Of a stretch of 64,000 nt of DNA, positions 49,838 to 62,064 are shown piece after piece; position 1 is the stretch's first letter; the number at the start of each line of letters is the position of its first letter. The stretch is from Sminthopsis crassicaudata (Eukaryota). The translations under genes and the position numbers were made by a program. The notes under the pieces were generated by a model. The model was not told the DNA's origin. It saw only the letters and a list, made by a program, of their open reading frames with translations, and did no database searches. The stretch covers positions 372,091,261 through 372,155,260 of the forward strand of contig NC_133620.1 in the NCBI RefSeq assembly GCF_048593235.1, written 5' to 3'.

Positions 49838-52800
49838 TCACTGTAGTCGGTCACTTCGGAATGAGTCCTCAACAGCTGGGTCAGTCAGCAGAGCATATGG
49901 GTCACTCAACATGTTCAGCCCATCCAGGCTCAGCGGTTCCATTCGAAGCTCATCTTCCAGCCCCAGCCCCAATCCCAATCCCGCTGCTGCCACCTCAAAG
50001 CCAGGCACCCCGGCCAGAGCTGCTGCAATCTCCTTGGAGAAGCCTGGAGGAGAATCTCCTGAGTAAGCAGAGGAGTGAAAATCAGAACCACTTGGGCTGA
50101 GGGCAGGGACCAGAGGGAAGCACTTCCAAACTCCACAACTATGCCTTCTCCAGATACCTTTCACACCCACCCTCCTCCCATTCCTCAAAAGCCACGATCA
50201 GTGCCTAATGTCTACCCTCATGATCCTCCCACCTGTGAGAATGATGTTGGGCACTGGACCATGGCGGGCACAGTGTGTCAGATTCTGGCGGTTGAGGGCA
50301 TGGGAATCTTGGGGGACACTTCCCCCACCCCCTGGCTCTTCATTTCCCGAGAAGCCTGGCCCCTCAGAGAAGCTGGGAGGGTCCAGCGTCAGGCTGCCTG
50401 ATGGACTCTCCATGCTGAATTGTTCTAGCTGAGGGGACAAATGGACAAAGACATTTAACAGTACCATTATTAGAAAGGGATGCTTCTCCCTCCCGACTCC
50501 CTAAGATTTACTCAATAGTTCCCACTGTCCACAGGAAAAGACAGAGACAGGACATAGCAAGAAAGCAGAGTGAGGGCAGAGGGCATGGGCCCACAAGAGG
50601 ACCCAGGCACCATACCTGCTGAGACAGAGAATGTGTGTGCCAGGAAGAAAACTGGTCAAAGCAGGAGTCATCAAAGAGTGAGTTGAGCAGAGATAGCTAA
50701 GGGGAAATAGAAGAAATGGGTAATCAGCAATAGGGGAGCAGAGGCCAAGGGAGGGGGACAATGTTAACATTGTCTTCTCACCCAGAAATGATTGGAAACA
50801 AGACCTGCCCTATTTGAATACTGTAAAGGACACTGCTTGAACCTCCTCTTACTAACTGGAAAGGTCAGGGTACTCACATTCCCCAGGCTGAAGTCTCCTG
50901 TGGGTGGAACATAAGGTTGTTGCCCACTGGAGGCAGACGAGTAGGACATCCCATAATGTCTTTGTCCGCCAGGCAACTGGACAGGACAGGACTGGGGAGG
51001 TGGTGGTTGTTGCTGCAGCGGCTTTGTGACGGGGGGCTGAGCAGGTAGAAGCAGGCTAGGAGGGCTATAAGGGTATGGGGGCAGTCGCTGGTCAACTGGC
51101 AGCTTACTGGTATCCAGGGGGACACCCTAAAGGGAAGGAAGAAGCAGAGAGTTACCCTTCAGGTGGCTTTTCTACAGGAATCTGGAGTCCAGGGACCAGA
51201 AAGGACCAAGAGAAGCATAGAAGTCCTCCCAGATGGCAAAAAGCCTAAGGGGGACACTAGTGGAAATGGGCTCCAGAGGGAAGAAGGATCCTATATTCCT
51301 TAATCCCCTGTCATGATTGAGATGGAACATGGAACACACATACCAGACACACACACATCCCCATCCGGGCAATGGGGATGAGGGAGGGAAGAAGAGGAGA
51401 TAGATAAGACAGGGAGAAGAGGAAGAGGGGTGGAGGAGGAAAGAAAGGATGAGAGAGATGGCCTGGAAGGACAAGAGGCTCAGGAGAGTGGGACAAAATA
51501 AAAGGATGACATAAGAACAAGAGAGGAGTACGAAAGGAAGGAAGAGGGGCAAAGTGAGAAGAAAGAAAATAGGAGTAGTCTGAAGGGAGGAATGGGGAAA
51601 ATAGATGGGAAATAGATAGAAACTAGAGCAAATGAGGGAGAGAATAAAAAGAGAAAGATGCACGGCAGATGGCAGACAGATATGCCAGAGGAGGAGGAGG
51701 AGGAAGGGTGGGATGCAGAGACCACATGAAAGGAGGAAGAAGGGTGAAGGACTCTGGGGGAAGGGAAGAGGCCGGTGGGCATCTCAGCCCAGGAGGCTCA
51801 GAGATGGGAAGGGTGGAGGCAGCCATGCATACCTGAGTGATGGAAGACAAGGTGGGTGACATTGTTGGCGAGAACTGTTTGGGCAGCTGCTGCTGGGGCC
51901 GTCTGGCATCAGTTCCACCCACGGGCAGGCTCAAGGGACTGAGGGGCACACGTCGGTGTCGGGGGGAGGCCCCAGGGGTGGGAGTCGGGTACAGGGGGGC
52001 GCCCAGCGCAGGGGATGAGGAAGACGAGGTGGAGGAAAGGGCTGGGGCACTGAGTGAAGGGTGGCCCAGGGAGGTAGCAGGCATAGTATGACGGGCAAAG
52101 GAGGAGGCAGGCAGTGAGGGATGACTGTGGGAGCCCTGAAGCTGGGGTTGGGGGCTATTTAGGGAAGCCTGGAGGTTGGGATTGCTAAGGGAAGACTGTA
52201 GGGATGGGTGGTTGAGAGGTGAATTAAGTCCTGCGGGCACAGACAAAAACCAGAGAGATGCCAACATTACAAAGGGCACCAAGCCCCTTCTCCCTGCCCC
52301 CATACAGAATGGGTGGAAGTGATTAGACAATGAAAGTGAGAATACAATGACCACACTGTGAAAGGGGCAACTTTGCCAGCTGTGCCTGTCTGGTAGGGAA
52401 ATAGGCACCTTCTCCCACTCCTACCAGCACCATTCTAAGTCTCACCAAATTGGGGAGACACACATCATGAAGCAGACTTCTATGCCAGTCCAGATGATTT
52501 CTACTGAGAGGTATCCAGGGGCCCAAGCCTGCCCACTCGGGGCTGCGTACTCAGGTCTATTCCCCTGACCTGTAGGTGGTCACATCCAGAACTGGGGAAG
52601 TGGGGTCGAGGGGCAGAGAGTGCTGACTCACCTGGCCCGTCACAGTTGCTGCCCAGGCCCAGGCCCCCACTGATGCCCAGGTTGGTCATGGTGTGGGTCA
52701 GGTTGGAGGTGCTGCTGCTCCCACTCAGACTGGGATAAGCTGTCTCTTCTGGGTCGAGGGGTGTGGGTAGTGGTGAAGGGAAGTGCAGGTTGGTGAGATC

Positions 52801-55800
52801 AGGCAGGGAACCACCAGTATTCAGAGTCGGTGGAAGGAGGGGCACATTGGCAGGCTGGTCAGGGGATGGGAAGATGCTAGGAGAAGGAAGAAAGATCCCA
52901 ACTGAGAGCAGGCCCTGTAGAGCACAGATCACCATCAACCTCACTTTCCACCCTGCCGCCCACAGCGGGAGACCCCGAAACAGCCACTTACTTAATGCCG
53001 GGGACTTCACAGGATCGAGGTCGGGAAGAAGAAGAAGACAGCTATTGAATATGAAGAGGAGGGAAGGAGGTGAGCCTCCACATGGGAAGCCCCTTCCCAG
53101 TCCTCTGGCCCACTCCTGCCTTTCCATTCAGTCCAGCTTGTCCCTTATTTACATAATGCTTTAAGTGCTTTCCTCACAACACTACATAAGTGACTGGCCC
53201 ACATAAATAACAAGGCAGCAAGCCTCTCAGCCAAGAATCGGACTTGATTCTGTAATACATTGACTCCTGAGGAAGCAAAGGAGACAGCAAGTATCTCCTA
53301 TAACTACCTTCTTAGGATCCCAGGGCTTCAACAAGTGCTTGTCATCCAACAAGTTTTCCTCGACTGCAGGAACTTGAAAGACGAAGACTGATTGGGAGGA
53401 GGGGGAAGAAGAAAAGTTACGGAAGGAAGAGGTTTGGGCATTGCAGTCAGGAAGGGAAAGCACCACATCTTACAGTCTCTCCCCCTCTAAGAACAAAGCA
53501 TCAATATTCTGTTGGGGGAATCTGTGAATTAGTCTTTCTATTCTGGAAGATGATTTTGAATGGTGTTACTAAAAAATGCCTTAAATGTCCAAAAACTTTG
53601 AACTAGAGATCCTACTGAGATCCAAAGAGTTTAAAGGCAAAAAGGATATTCTACAGCAGTAAAGAACTAGGGAAAAAAGTTGGTGCCCATCAATTAGGGA
53701 GTGGTCAAATTGTGGAACATGAATGTAATGGCATACTATTGGGCTGTGAAAAAAAAATTACTGCTATGATCAATTCAAAATATAAGATTTATATGAACTG
53801 ATACATAAAGTAAGCAGAACTAGGAAAACAATGAAATTATGAACTACAACAGAAAGAACCAAAAAATGAACCACTGTGTAATTACAATGACCAAGCTTGA
53901 CCTAGGAGGATAGTTGGGAAAACTTTTTACAGGTGGAACGATTATGGATGTGGAATCTTGCATTCACTATCAAAGTCAAAGTGTGGTTAGTTCTATTTAA
54001 TTGCTTTTTTTTTCCTTTCTGTTTTAGTTTTTCTTAAAGGGATTATTTGAAGAGATAGAAAAGGGGAAGTGATATTCTTGGAAATGAAGATGATGTGAAA
54101 ATAAAAGATACTGATAATATAAGATTTTAAAATAAGAAATATAATGCCCAGGAATAAGTGAAATAAGCCTACATACCTTTTGAATCTGCTTCCCCATCTA
54201 GGTAACCTGTAAAGAAGACTCCTGTTCACCAGAGCACTAGATGCTAAGTCTTTTCCATCTATTCTCCCATCCCTCCATTCAGCACATCCCCATACTCTCT
54301 GGTTTCCCCTGCTCTAAGACACTGCACTTACCACCCCGACGGTTGGGCATGGCAGTGGGCGGTGTGGGACCTGGGTATGTGTCCTGGGGGTTGGGGTTCA
54401 TCACACTTGTGTGAAGGGCAGAGTCTGAGCTTGTCCTGTGGGAAGCAGGGTAAAGCTGGCATAGTTCCCATGGTGACAGGACCTCTCCATCTGGCTGACA
54501 GAGAGGGCAGAACTAGGCCAGGGAACCACAGGGATCTGAGGCCAAGGCTCTGAGTTCAGAGAGAAAGACCCTGGGGCGAAAAAAGTAGGAATGAAGGAGA
54601 CAGAGCCTCAGTAGGAGACTGGGGGAAATGGGGACATCACCTGTTGAGTGCAGATGGAAGTCGGAACAGCTGCCCCTTCTCAGCAGGGAAGTTACCCCAG
54701 GGCATTGTTCTGAGAGGGAGAAACAACAGTCAGGAGGGCAGGGAAAGGGAGTTGGAGGGTTTGAGACAGCTAAGATGGAGTGGGAGTGGATGAGACATCA
54801 AAGACCATTTCGGCTCTGGCTTTCTGACCCTTCAAAGTGCTCAAAGATCCCAAGAAAGCCTGAGAGTACCAGGTTAAACTGGGGGATAGCCCGGAGTCCA
54901 ACAACCTCAGTCCCTGGGGGCGGGGGGCATATGTTCAGGAATGGGCAGTGCCAGAGCACCGTACTTGGCACACGGCTCTGGCAGGAAGTATGCTCACTCC
55001 CCCAAGCACACACCCAGCAAGGCCCACACTCCCATTGGTGTTACCCCAGCAGGAGGGGTAGGCTGCGCTACTCTTGTGTCAACAAGGTTGAGACTGGACT
55101 CTGACCCCGCCCACTCCACCTAGCCCCCACCTCTAAGACAAACCCCTCTCTAGAACCAGCAGGGCTCCAATACTCCCCTCCCCAACCTGTGCCCCTTCTG
55201 GACTCGGGAGTGGAAGTGCAGAGTTGGCATTGGAGCCCGCATGGGTTCCGTGCTGGGCCCACTCTAGACATTTACCTTCTCCAGCTGGATTCCGGAGGAG
55301 GAGATAAATAGGCTGGACTGTAAGGAGAGCTGTCAATGTGAGCGACACCCATTAAGGAAAAAAACGAGGGCTACATGCTCTCCTGTCTACAGAAGATAAT
55401 GAGTCAAACCGCAGTAGAGAAGGGGCACAGGCCTGGGGGAGGACAAATGCAAAGAAGGCATGAGAACAGTTAAGCACTGGCAGGTGATCACTTCTTTCCA
55501 CAAAATTCTTTCTGCCTGAGGATCTAGATGAGCTGATGAAGGAACTAAGTGACCTCCAGCATGAGGCAGAACAAACACAGGTGCTCCATTGCTGGCAGCA
55601 GCAAAGGCAGATTAGACATGAGGAAGAACTGCCCAAGAGCTAAGGAGGAGGAGGGGGAGACAGCAGCAGGTTGGCACCAAGCTTTGTTCTAGTTCCATAA
55701 GCCCAAATCACTCCGACCCCTGCCCATTCTCCAAAGGATATGTGGCGGGCATAACGGCGCAGGGGAGACATCATCCTTCGGGGATCCCGCTGTACCCGCT

Positions 55801-58701
55801 CCACCAGACCATGGTGCCGTGTATTCCGTGAATCCAGGGATGAATGGAGGGGGTTCTGCCAACACATACATGGTAGTCAGGGAAAGGGGATCTGGAAGGG
55901 TGGGAAAAAAAACACCACAGCTCCCTCTCCTTGTTCTGTCGCAGTAATTCCTGCCCCCTCCTCTCCCCTCTCTCTTCTCCCTAGTACCCACTCACTCACC
56001 TGGAACTCTGCCAGGCTACAGCCAATCTGGTTAACATTGGGCAGAGAGCCACCATAATAGGGGCCCCGAGTATGAGCTAATCGAAGTTTCTGTGCCTGCA
56101 ACTAAAAAGGAGGAAGAAAGTGTTAGGGAATACAGAGAAGGTCCCAACATACTGGTGTCCCTCTCCTGGCCCAAATCTTACTGATATGATAAGTTATCGG
56201 ATGGAAAGATAGAGGTAGAGGGAGAACTGGGAGAGCCTGCAGCAGAGCTATGATCCTCGCCTCCCTCCCCTACTAGGCCGCTTAGCTCTACAGCTGGAGC
56301 TCCTCTTCACAGTGCCCTACGGCTCATCATAAGAAAAGAGGATGGGAGGGAGGGAAGGAAGGAGTAAACACGTACTAGTACGTACTATGTGCCAGGCACT
56401 GTGCTCTGTCGCAGGGCCTGCCCAATTTGGCACTGCCCCAAGATGAATCCCAAAAGGAATGCCAGGCGCCCCTAAGCTAGTCACATGGGCTCTTCCCCTG
56501 CCCACAAGGGACCCATTAGCCACTTCTGCCCTTCCAACCAGATGAGCCCAAGACTAATTGGCAGAAAAGGAAACAGGCATGAGTAGATGACCCAAAGCTG
56601 GTACTGCCAACCTCATTCCTTCCGCTCACAGATGGGGGCCAAAGCTAGGCCACCGCCACCTGTCTATGGGTGACATACTAGACTCAGCTTCCACCCAAAA
56701 GTCTGGCAATTCAATTCAATACTTGTCATACACCCACTCTTGGCTGGGAAAATAGTGCCAAACCAAAGGGACTCTCTAACCCTGCCCTAAGGCCCCTGGT
56801 TTTGGAGCAATGCCAAGGAGAGGCCTGGCCTTGGGAAGTGGGGATGGGAAAGGAAGTCTTGCCAGCAGCAGCCAGGCTGGTCAGAACAATGAGCCCAACT
56901 TATCCACCTTTGTGAGGATGTGCTGCAGGATTCCAAAGGCATCCCCCACCACTGTCTACTTATTTATACCAGTACCAATACAGAGGTGCCTCGTATCCTT
57001 TATCGATAGACTGGGGGTGCGGACTGCCGCCATCCGCCTTTGTTAACATTAGCGGAATGGCAGGAGTGCCCTAGGAAGGCAACTCAGAAACTTCCTTCGA
57101 ATGCCCAGGCGCATGCAGAGGGGCCGCGCCGCCGCTCCTTTTCTCCCCGGTGGAGCTCTCTCTGGGGGAGGCCTCCCTGCTGATGTTTGCCCCCAGCCCC
57201 TCCGCTGGGACTGCCTCCACCAGCACACTTTCCTCAGATGAGGACAGAACCCTAAAGCTTTGTATTCCTGGGTCCCAGACCCGGCCCTTGAAGGCCCACC
57301 CTTCCCTCTAGGTCCTGGTGCGGATTCTTAGCTCTTCCCGGCAGAGACGTGAACGAAGGTTTTCAGAGTGACCACATGGCAAACCAAGTTCCGGCGCTGA
57401 TGCGAAGGCCCCTAGCGCGGAGCTCCGCGGGCCAGATCTCCGAGCAGTCAGGGCCGGCAGCACCTGGCGCTGGGAAGGGCCTGTATCCCCACGGGCTCTG
57501 GCTGACACGCGCCCTCCCCTGGCTTGCCTCTTCTTTCCTCGGTCCGCCTCAGGTCTCACAGCCAGGGGCCCAGGGCCCCCAGGGGCCCAGCGCAGAAACC
57601 ACAGACAGAACCACAGAGAAAAGCCGCTCACAAAGACAGAGCTTGTGTTTTCCGCCCTGCGCCCTGGCTCACTGTCCGCGGCTCATTGGGTGTTCTCACG
57701 TTTCAGAACCTTTCACAAGGTGCCCCGAAGTTCGGGTAACACAGCAGCTTGCAACAGCCTTCTCGAGACCCACCCCTAAGGAACCGGGCCCCGGAGAGAC
57801 TCCAATAGGAAGCTGCCTCCCGCAGGGGCCTCGGACCGCTGGGGTTTCCTAGGTGACATCAGGGCCCCGGCACCTCCCGCCCGGAGAAGCGGCCGGGTCC
57901 AAGCAGCCCCACAGCCAGCAGCCACTGATGGCACTGTCCTGGGCTGTGGGTCAGCAGTTGTGCTCAGCGTCCAGGCAGGATGGAGCCTGGAGCTCACCTT
58001 CAGGTCGGGAAACCACAGGAAGTATTTGAAAAAGGAAGCGAAGGGACAGAGGAGGGGACTTCCTGTCGTCCCAAAGCCAGCCCCGCTCCGGCCAAGCCGC
58101 CCCCTGGGGACCGTTCCCTGGGCCACAGTGTCGGGATGAGCGGCCGCAGGACCGCTCCGAAAGGGATGCTCAGTCCGCGGCTGACACAAGTTCAGCGGCA
58201 GAAAGGCTTTCTCCCTGCGTGCCCTCTGACCCGCAGTACACTAGTAGGGTTCCGTGTCTCCGTCCTTCCCGTGGCCGCCTCACTACCCAGAGCTGGGACG
58301 CCTACTTGGGGCGCGAGACGGGTAGACGGGAGCAGACGTCCAGGACCCCCGTAAGGATGCCCACTCGGAGCGCTTTCTCTCTGTGCCCCCCATGCCCAGA
58401 GTGGCCCCTCCCTCCCCCCCTCCCGGAGATGGCCAGTTAGACGTCCCCGGCGCTGGCCTCGCATCCCTGTCCCCTCGGCCCGGGCCCCGCTCCGGCCGCC
58501 CGGCCTCCCACGGCCGTCCCTTACCCGGGTGGAGCCGATGTCCATCATCACCTCCTCGAAGGCCGCCGTCTCTTCGGCCTGACGCTGCTTCTGCAGCGCG
58601 ATCTTCTCGCTAAACTTGCGCGGGTTGGCCGCCGAGGCCGAGCTCGAACTCGAACCCGAGCCCGAACCCGGCCCGGGTCCGTTCGCCCCCGATGCCGCCA
58701 T
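49838..58701 (-). CDS. CRTC2: CREB-regulated transcription coactivator 2 (TORC2), 693 aa
   Basis: 14 in-phase exons: 58701-58525, 56101-56000, 55855-55742, 55337-55276, 54709-54641, 54435-54332, 54206-54177, 53372-53308, 53041-52992, 52876-52632, 52230-51833, 51126-50878, 50428-50233, 50058-49838 (2082 nt). CREB-binding domain [27 protein letters not shown]; SIK/AMPK-14-3-3 motifs [11 protein letters not shown] and GGSLPDL; PxIxIT-like PGINIF and PNIILT; C-terminus [10 protein letters not shown]. Confidence 0.97.
53600..54120 (+). mobile_element. Old L1 3' fragment, antisense, in CRTC2 intron 7
   Basis: Degenerate ORF2-end motifs (TGCCCATCAATTAGGGAGTGG..AAATTGTGGAACATGAATGTAATGGCATACTATT). 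Confidence 0.7.
55338..55741 (-). other. CRTC2: U12-type (minor spliceosome) AT-AC intron, CRTC2 intron 3
   Basis: 5'ss ATATCCTTT at 55741-55733; branch TTTCCTTAAT at 55360-55351; AC at 55339-55338; joins ...ARH to IDSSPY in frame. Confidence 0.95.
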
Positions 58702-58773
58702 CTTCCCCCCTCCCCCCCGACCCCCCCCCAATCTCAGCCACCACAGCCGCCGGCCCCGGGCCCGGCTCCTCCC

Positions 58774-58804
<31 letters not shown>

Positions 58805-59350
58805 TCGTCTCTTCGGCAAGCACAGCAAGCCCGACCCCCGCCTCGCCCCAACCAACCGCGAGGGGGCCGCAGGGAGTAGTAGTTTGTTTACGCGATGTCT
58901 CCCCGGCTGCGGACGAGAGGTGCTGAGAAAAGGCTGACTTCATTTCCCAGAAGCCCCTGCGACGCCGGGATGGAGATTCATTTCTCTCCCCGCACCCCCC
59001 CCTTCTCTGAGCACGCCGGGAGAAGTAGTTCTAAATTGGCTCTGCGCCTACAAACGAGTGGGAAGAGGCGAGGGGGGGGAGGAAAAGGGAAAGGCAGGGG
59101 AAGGGAGGGGAAGGCAAGAGGAGGGAAGAAGGGAAGAGGAGGGGAAAGGGAGAATGTGGGCGGGCAAGCGGAGCAAAGAGTAAGGGAAGAGCGAGAAAAA
59201 ATCCAGGCTTCCAGGGAGGTGGGGCGGGATGGGATGGTGGTGGGCGTGGGCGCGGGCGCGATAGAAGCCCCGGGGGGAGAACAGCTGGAAACTCTGGAGC
59301 GCAGATTCCACACTTCCCCTCCAGCGCCCACTAGTCCTCCCTCCCCGCTA
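57050..59350. promoter_or_regulatory. CpG island / CRTC2 promoter with two ZNF143/THAP11-like ACTACnnnTCCC motifs
   Basis: Minus-strand ACTACTACTCCC (58883-58872) and ACTACTTCTCCC (59029-59018), imperfect matches to ACTACAATTCCC; high CpG. Confidence 0.7.
58772..58804 (-). repeat. (CGG)6 TGG (CGG)4 trinucleotide repeat upstream of the CRTC2 ATG
   Basis: Plus strand reads (CCG)4 CCA (CCG)6. Confidence 0.93.
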
Positions 59351-59394
59351 GTCCCCACCAAGAAGGCACAAAGACAGGGCTATAGAAACTCCTT

Positions 59395-59400
59395 TTTATT
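59395..59400 (-). terminator. SLC39A1 poly(A) signal (AATAAA)
   Basis: Canonical hexamer about 830 nt after the stop codon. Confidence 0.75.
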
Positions 59401-60226
59401 CGGGAAGCTGATCCCGGAAGCGTCAGTTTAGTAAAATAGATTATACAGAACATATCCCTCTCCCTCTCGCTCCCCATCCCTCCCCCCTCTCCTTCCCTCC
59501 CCTCCTCCCTCCTCCAAAAATACCCCTGGGAGGCAGGTTTCCAGGGCTTCTCTGGTATAAAAAAAGTTTAGGCAGTTCAGCCTTCGGCACCTGGGCAAGA
59601 TCACCAGGTTAGATACCCCCAGCCCCCGGGAGGGTGAAAGGTCGCTGGAAATCGGCGGCAGGCAGTACAGTGCCCGATACCAATGTGCTTTGTGAAAAGG
59701 GGGGGTGGGAGGTTTTGGCACTTTATAGAGGGAATGGAAGTTCAACTGAGGGCAAGGAACTTGGCCTATAGATGTAGTTAGGCTTCGAGCCCTTAAAGGG
59801 GGGGGGGGGGGAAAGCAATACTGAAAGGGGATGGGCCCAGGAGAAGAAAAAAGCATCTTCTTCAGGAGAGTACAGGAATGGGATAGAATCAGGGTCCCAA
59901 GAGGCTCCAGACTTCTTTCCAACTCCTCTCTCTCCAATGGCTCTATCCTTAGTGTTTCAATCCTTGTAAGTTTATCATCTGTTCACATGTCCTTGTTGGC
60001 TTGTCTAGTGTTTTTCTAGTTTTTTTTCCTCCCCTCTACACTTTCCCCCACATTCCCCAGGGAGTTTTATCTTTATCTTTGTTCTTTGTCTCATGTTCTA
60101 CTGGTCATTCTCTAGGCTCCTGTCTACAACACCCATCAATCTACACTGCACTCCCAAAGCTCCCATTTACTTTTTCTAAAAAAGCTCCAGGAGCATCTGA
60201 CCCACCCCCCATCCCTCAGAGGTCAT

Positions 60227-62064
60227 TCAAACCCGAATAAAAAGCAGACCAGTGAGCAGGGCAAAACCAGCTAGAAGTAGGATGACCTTGAGGATCCTCT
60301 GCTCAGAAGCAGCCAGTTCTTGGGGCAAGATCTCCAAGAAAGTGATATAGAGGAAGGTACCTGCTGCCATGCCTTCTAGCACTGATTGGGCCAGCTGGTG
60401 CAGAGGTCCTGCTGACTCTGCTAGTGCAGCCCCCAGCCCAATACCCAATGGTGTCATGCAGGAGAAAAGGACCCCACAAATAGCCACCACTCCACCCCGA
60501 AGCCGGCTCTGCAGCAGCCTTAGGGACAGACTGACAGCTAGGACCCCCTTGTGCAAGAGCAGTGCCAGACACAGCTCCATTGCCCGAGCTCGCTCTCGCT
60601 GCAGGCCTACTGCAAGGCCTTCAAATACTGAGTGTAAGGAAAGTGAAAAGACCAGGACACAGGCCCGTAAAGCTGAAGGAGTAGAAGTTCCTTCAGCCCC
60701 CGGTCCATCATGCCAGTGGGGAGGGGCATTGCCCACTGTGCCCAGGAGTGCTCTTGTCTCCTCTCTTGGAAGAGGCCCCGACTGCTCTTTGTAGGCTAGC
60801 ACAATCTGCTCCATCACCAGAACCAGGAAAAAACCCATGGCGAGAATGAACTCCTGTAGTGGGAACTGAAGCTGTGGAGGAAAGAAAGAAGAGGGGAGGG
60901 GGAGAACAGTAAGAAGCTTCACAGTTCTAAGAGATAAGTAAGAAAGAAAATAGAATGGATGCTGAGGAAATAAAAGGCTAGGATACCAGGATCTTTCAGG
61001 GACCCACTTCCCTGCCCAACCTTGACACAAATCTAAGTTTTGTCTGTTTTGAATTTAATTCCTTCACCCTCAATTTCCTAGTTAGAGGTTTCTTTCTGGT
61101 CTCCTCCTAGCCTCTCCCAGCCCTCTCCCCTTCCCAATCCTCCCAACCATTGTAGAAGAGGAAGAAAAATATCTAAGGAAAAGAGCACCAAAGGCATGAC
61201 TGTCAAGCACTATTTACAAGCTTGGATCTCAGAATGGAGTCACACACACAGAAAGCCATAGCTTATACTATTATTATGGAGCCATATACAACAAAGATTT
61301 TAAACACAAATGTACATAAATCACAGGCAGGGTTATTACACATTGTCACAAGATTATAAAAACTTGGACAATTCATATATGGTAAAAAATAAATACACCA
61401 AGAATCATATAGACTATAATTCTTACTATGTTTCTATGAAACTCTATCTCCCCTGGGGCTGAGTACTCACTGTGATTCGTAAGGCACTCAAGGCCTCATC
61501 TATTGCAGCCAGGTAGTCTGGAAGCAAGTCCAAAAGACAGGTGGCCAGAAAAACACCACCTGCAAAGCAGCTCACCAGGCTCAGGATTTTCTTTCTGGAG
61601 GCTATGTGAAATGCAAGAGTGGCCAAAGAGAAACAATCCATTTTTAAGCCTTTTCCCAGTAGCTGAAATCTCTGGCCCAGAGTCTCAAAAACCTCTCCTA
61701 GTTCTGATAGTTCTGGGATCCCCGCAGTCACCCCCAAGAACAGCCCTTTCCCCTCTCAGTTCCCCTCCAAAACCTCAATCTTCCCCAGATCCTTCTTTGT
61801 AGCTCCCAAAGTTTATCCACCCTCACTCAAAATTAACCCCAGAGGTTGCCACAGATGGGGGAGGAGGGAGGGAAAAATTATCCAACCTGAGGCCTCGAAG
61901 TTGGCACTGGGACGCCGAAGCACACAGATGGGCACCAGGCTGCAAAACAAGGTGAGCACCAGCAGCACTATCAGGGCACCCATCTTTATTTCCAGCCCCA
62001 CAGGCACTGCGGGCACTGCTTCTGGGCGCCATACCAGCCGTTCAGGCTCTTCCCAGGGCACCAT
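60227..62064 (-). CDS. SLC39A1: Zinc transporter ZIP1, 317 aa
   Basis: Coding exons 62064-61887, 61601-61471, 60871-60227 (954 nt, in phase); Kozak ACCGCCATGG; ZIP metal-site motifs LHSVFEG (TM4) and HKG (TM5); ends LLTGLLFIRV*. Confidence 0.97.

Noticed and set aside
56993-57001. GTATCCTTT U12-like donor; also ATATCCTTT on the minus strand at 53641-53649
   Set aside because: The first is antisense to CRTC2 and I saw no matching branch site; the second lies in or beside an L1 relic within an ordinary GT-AG intron.
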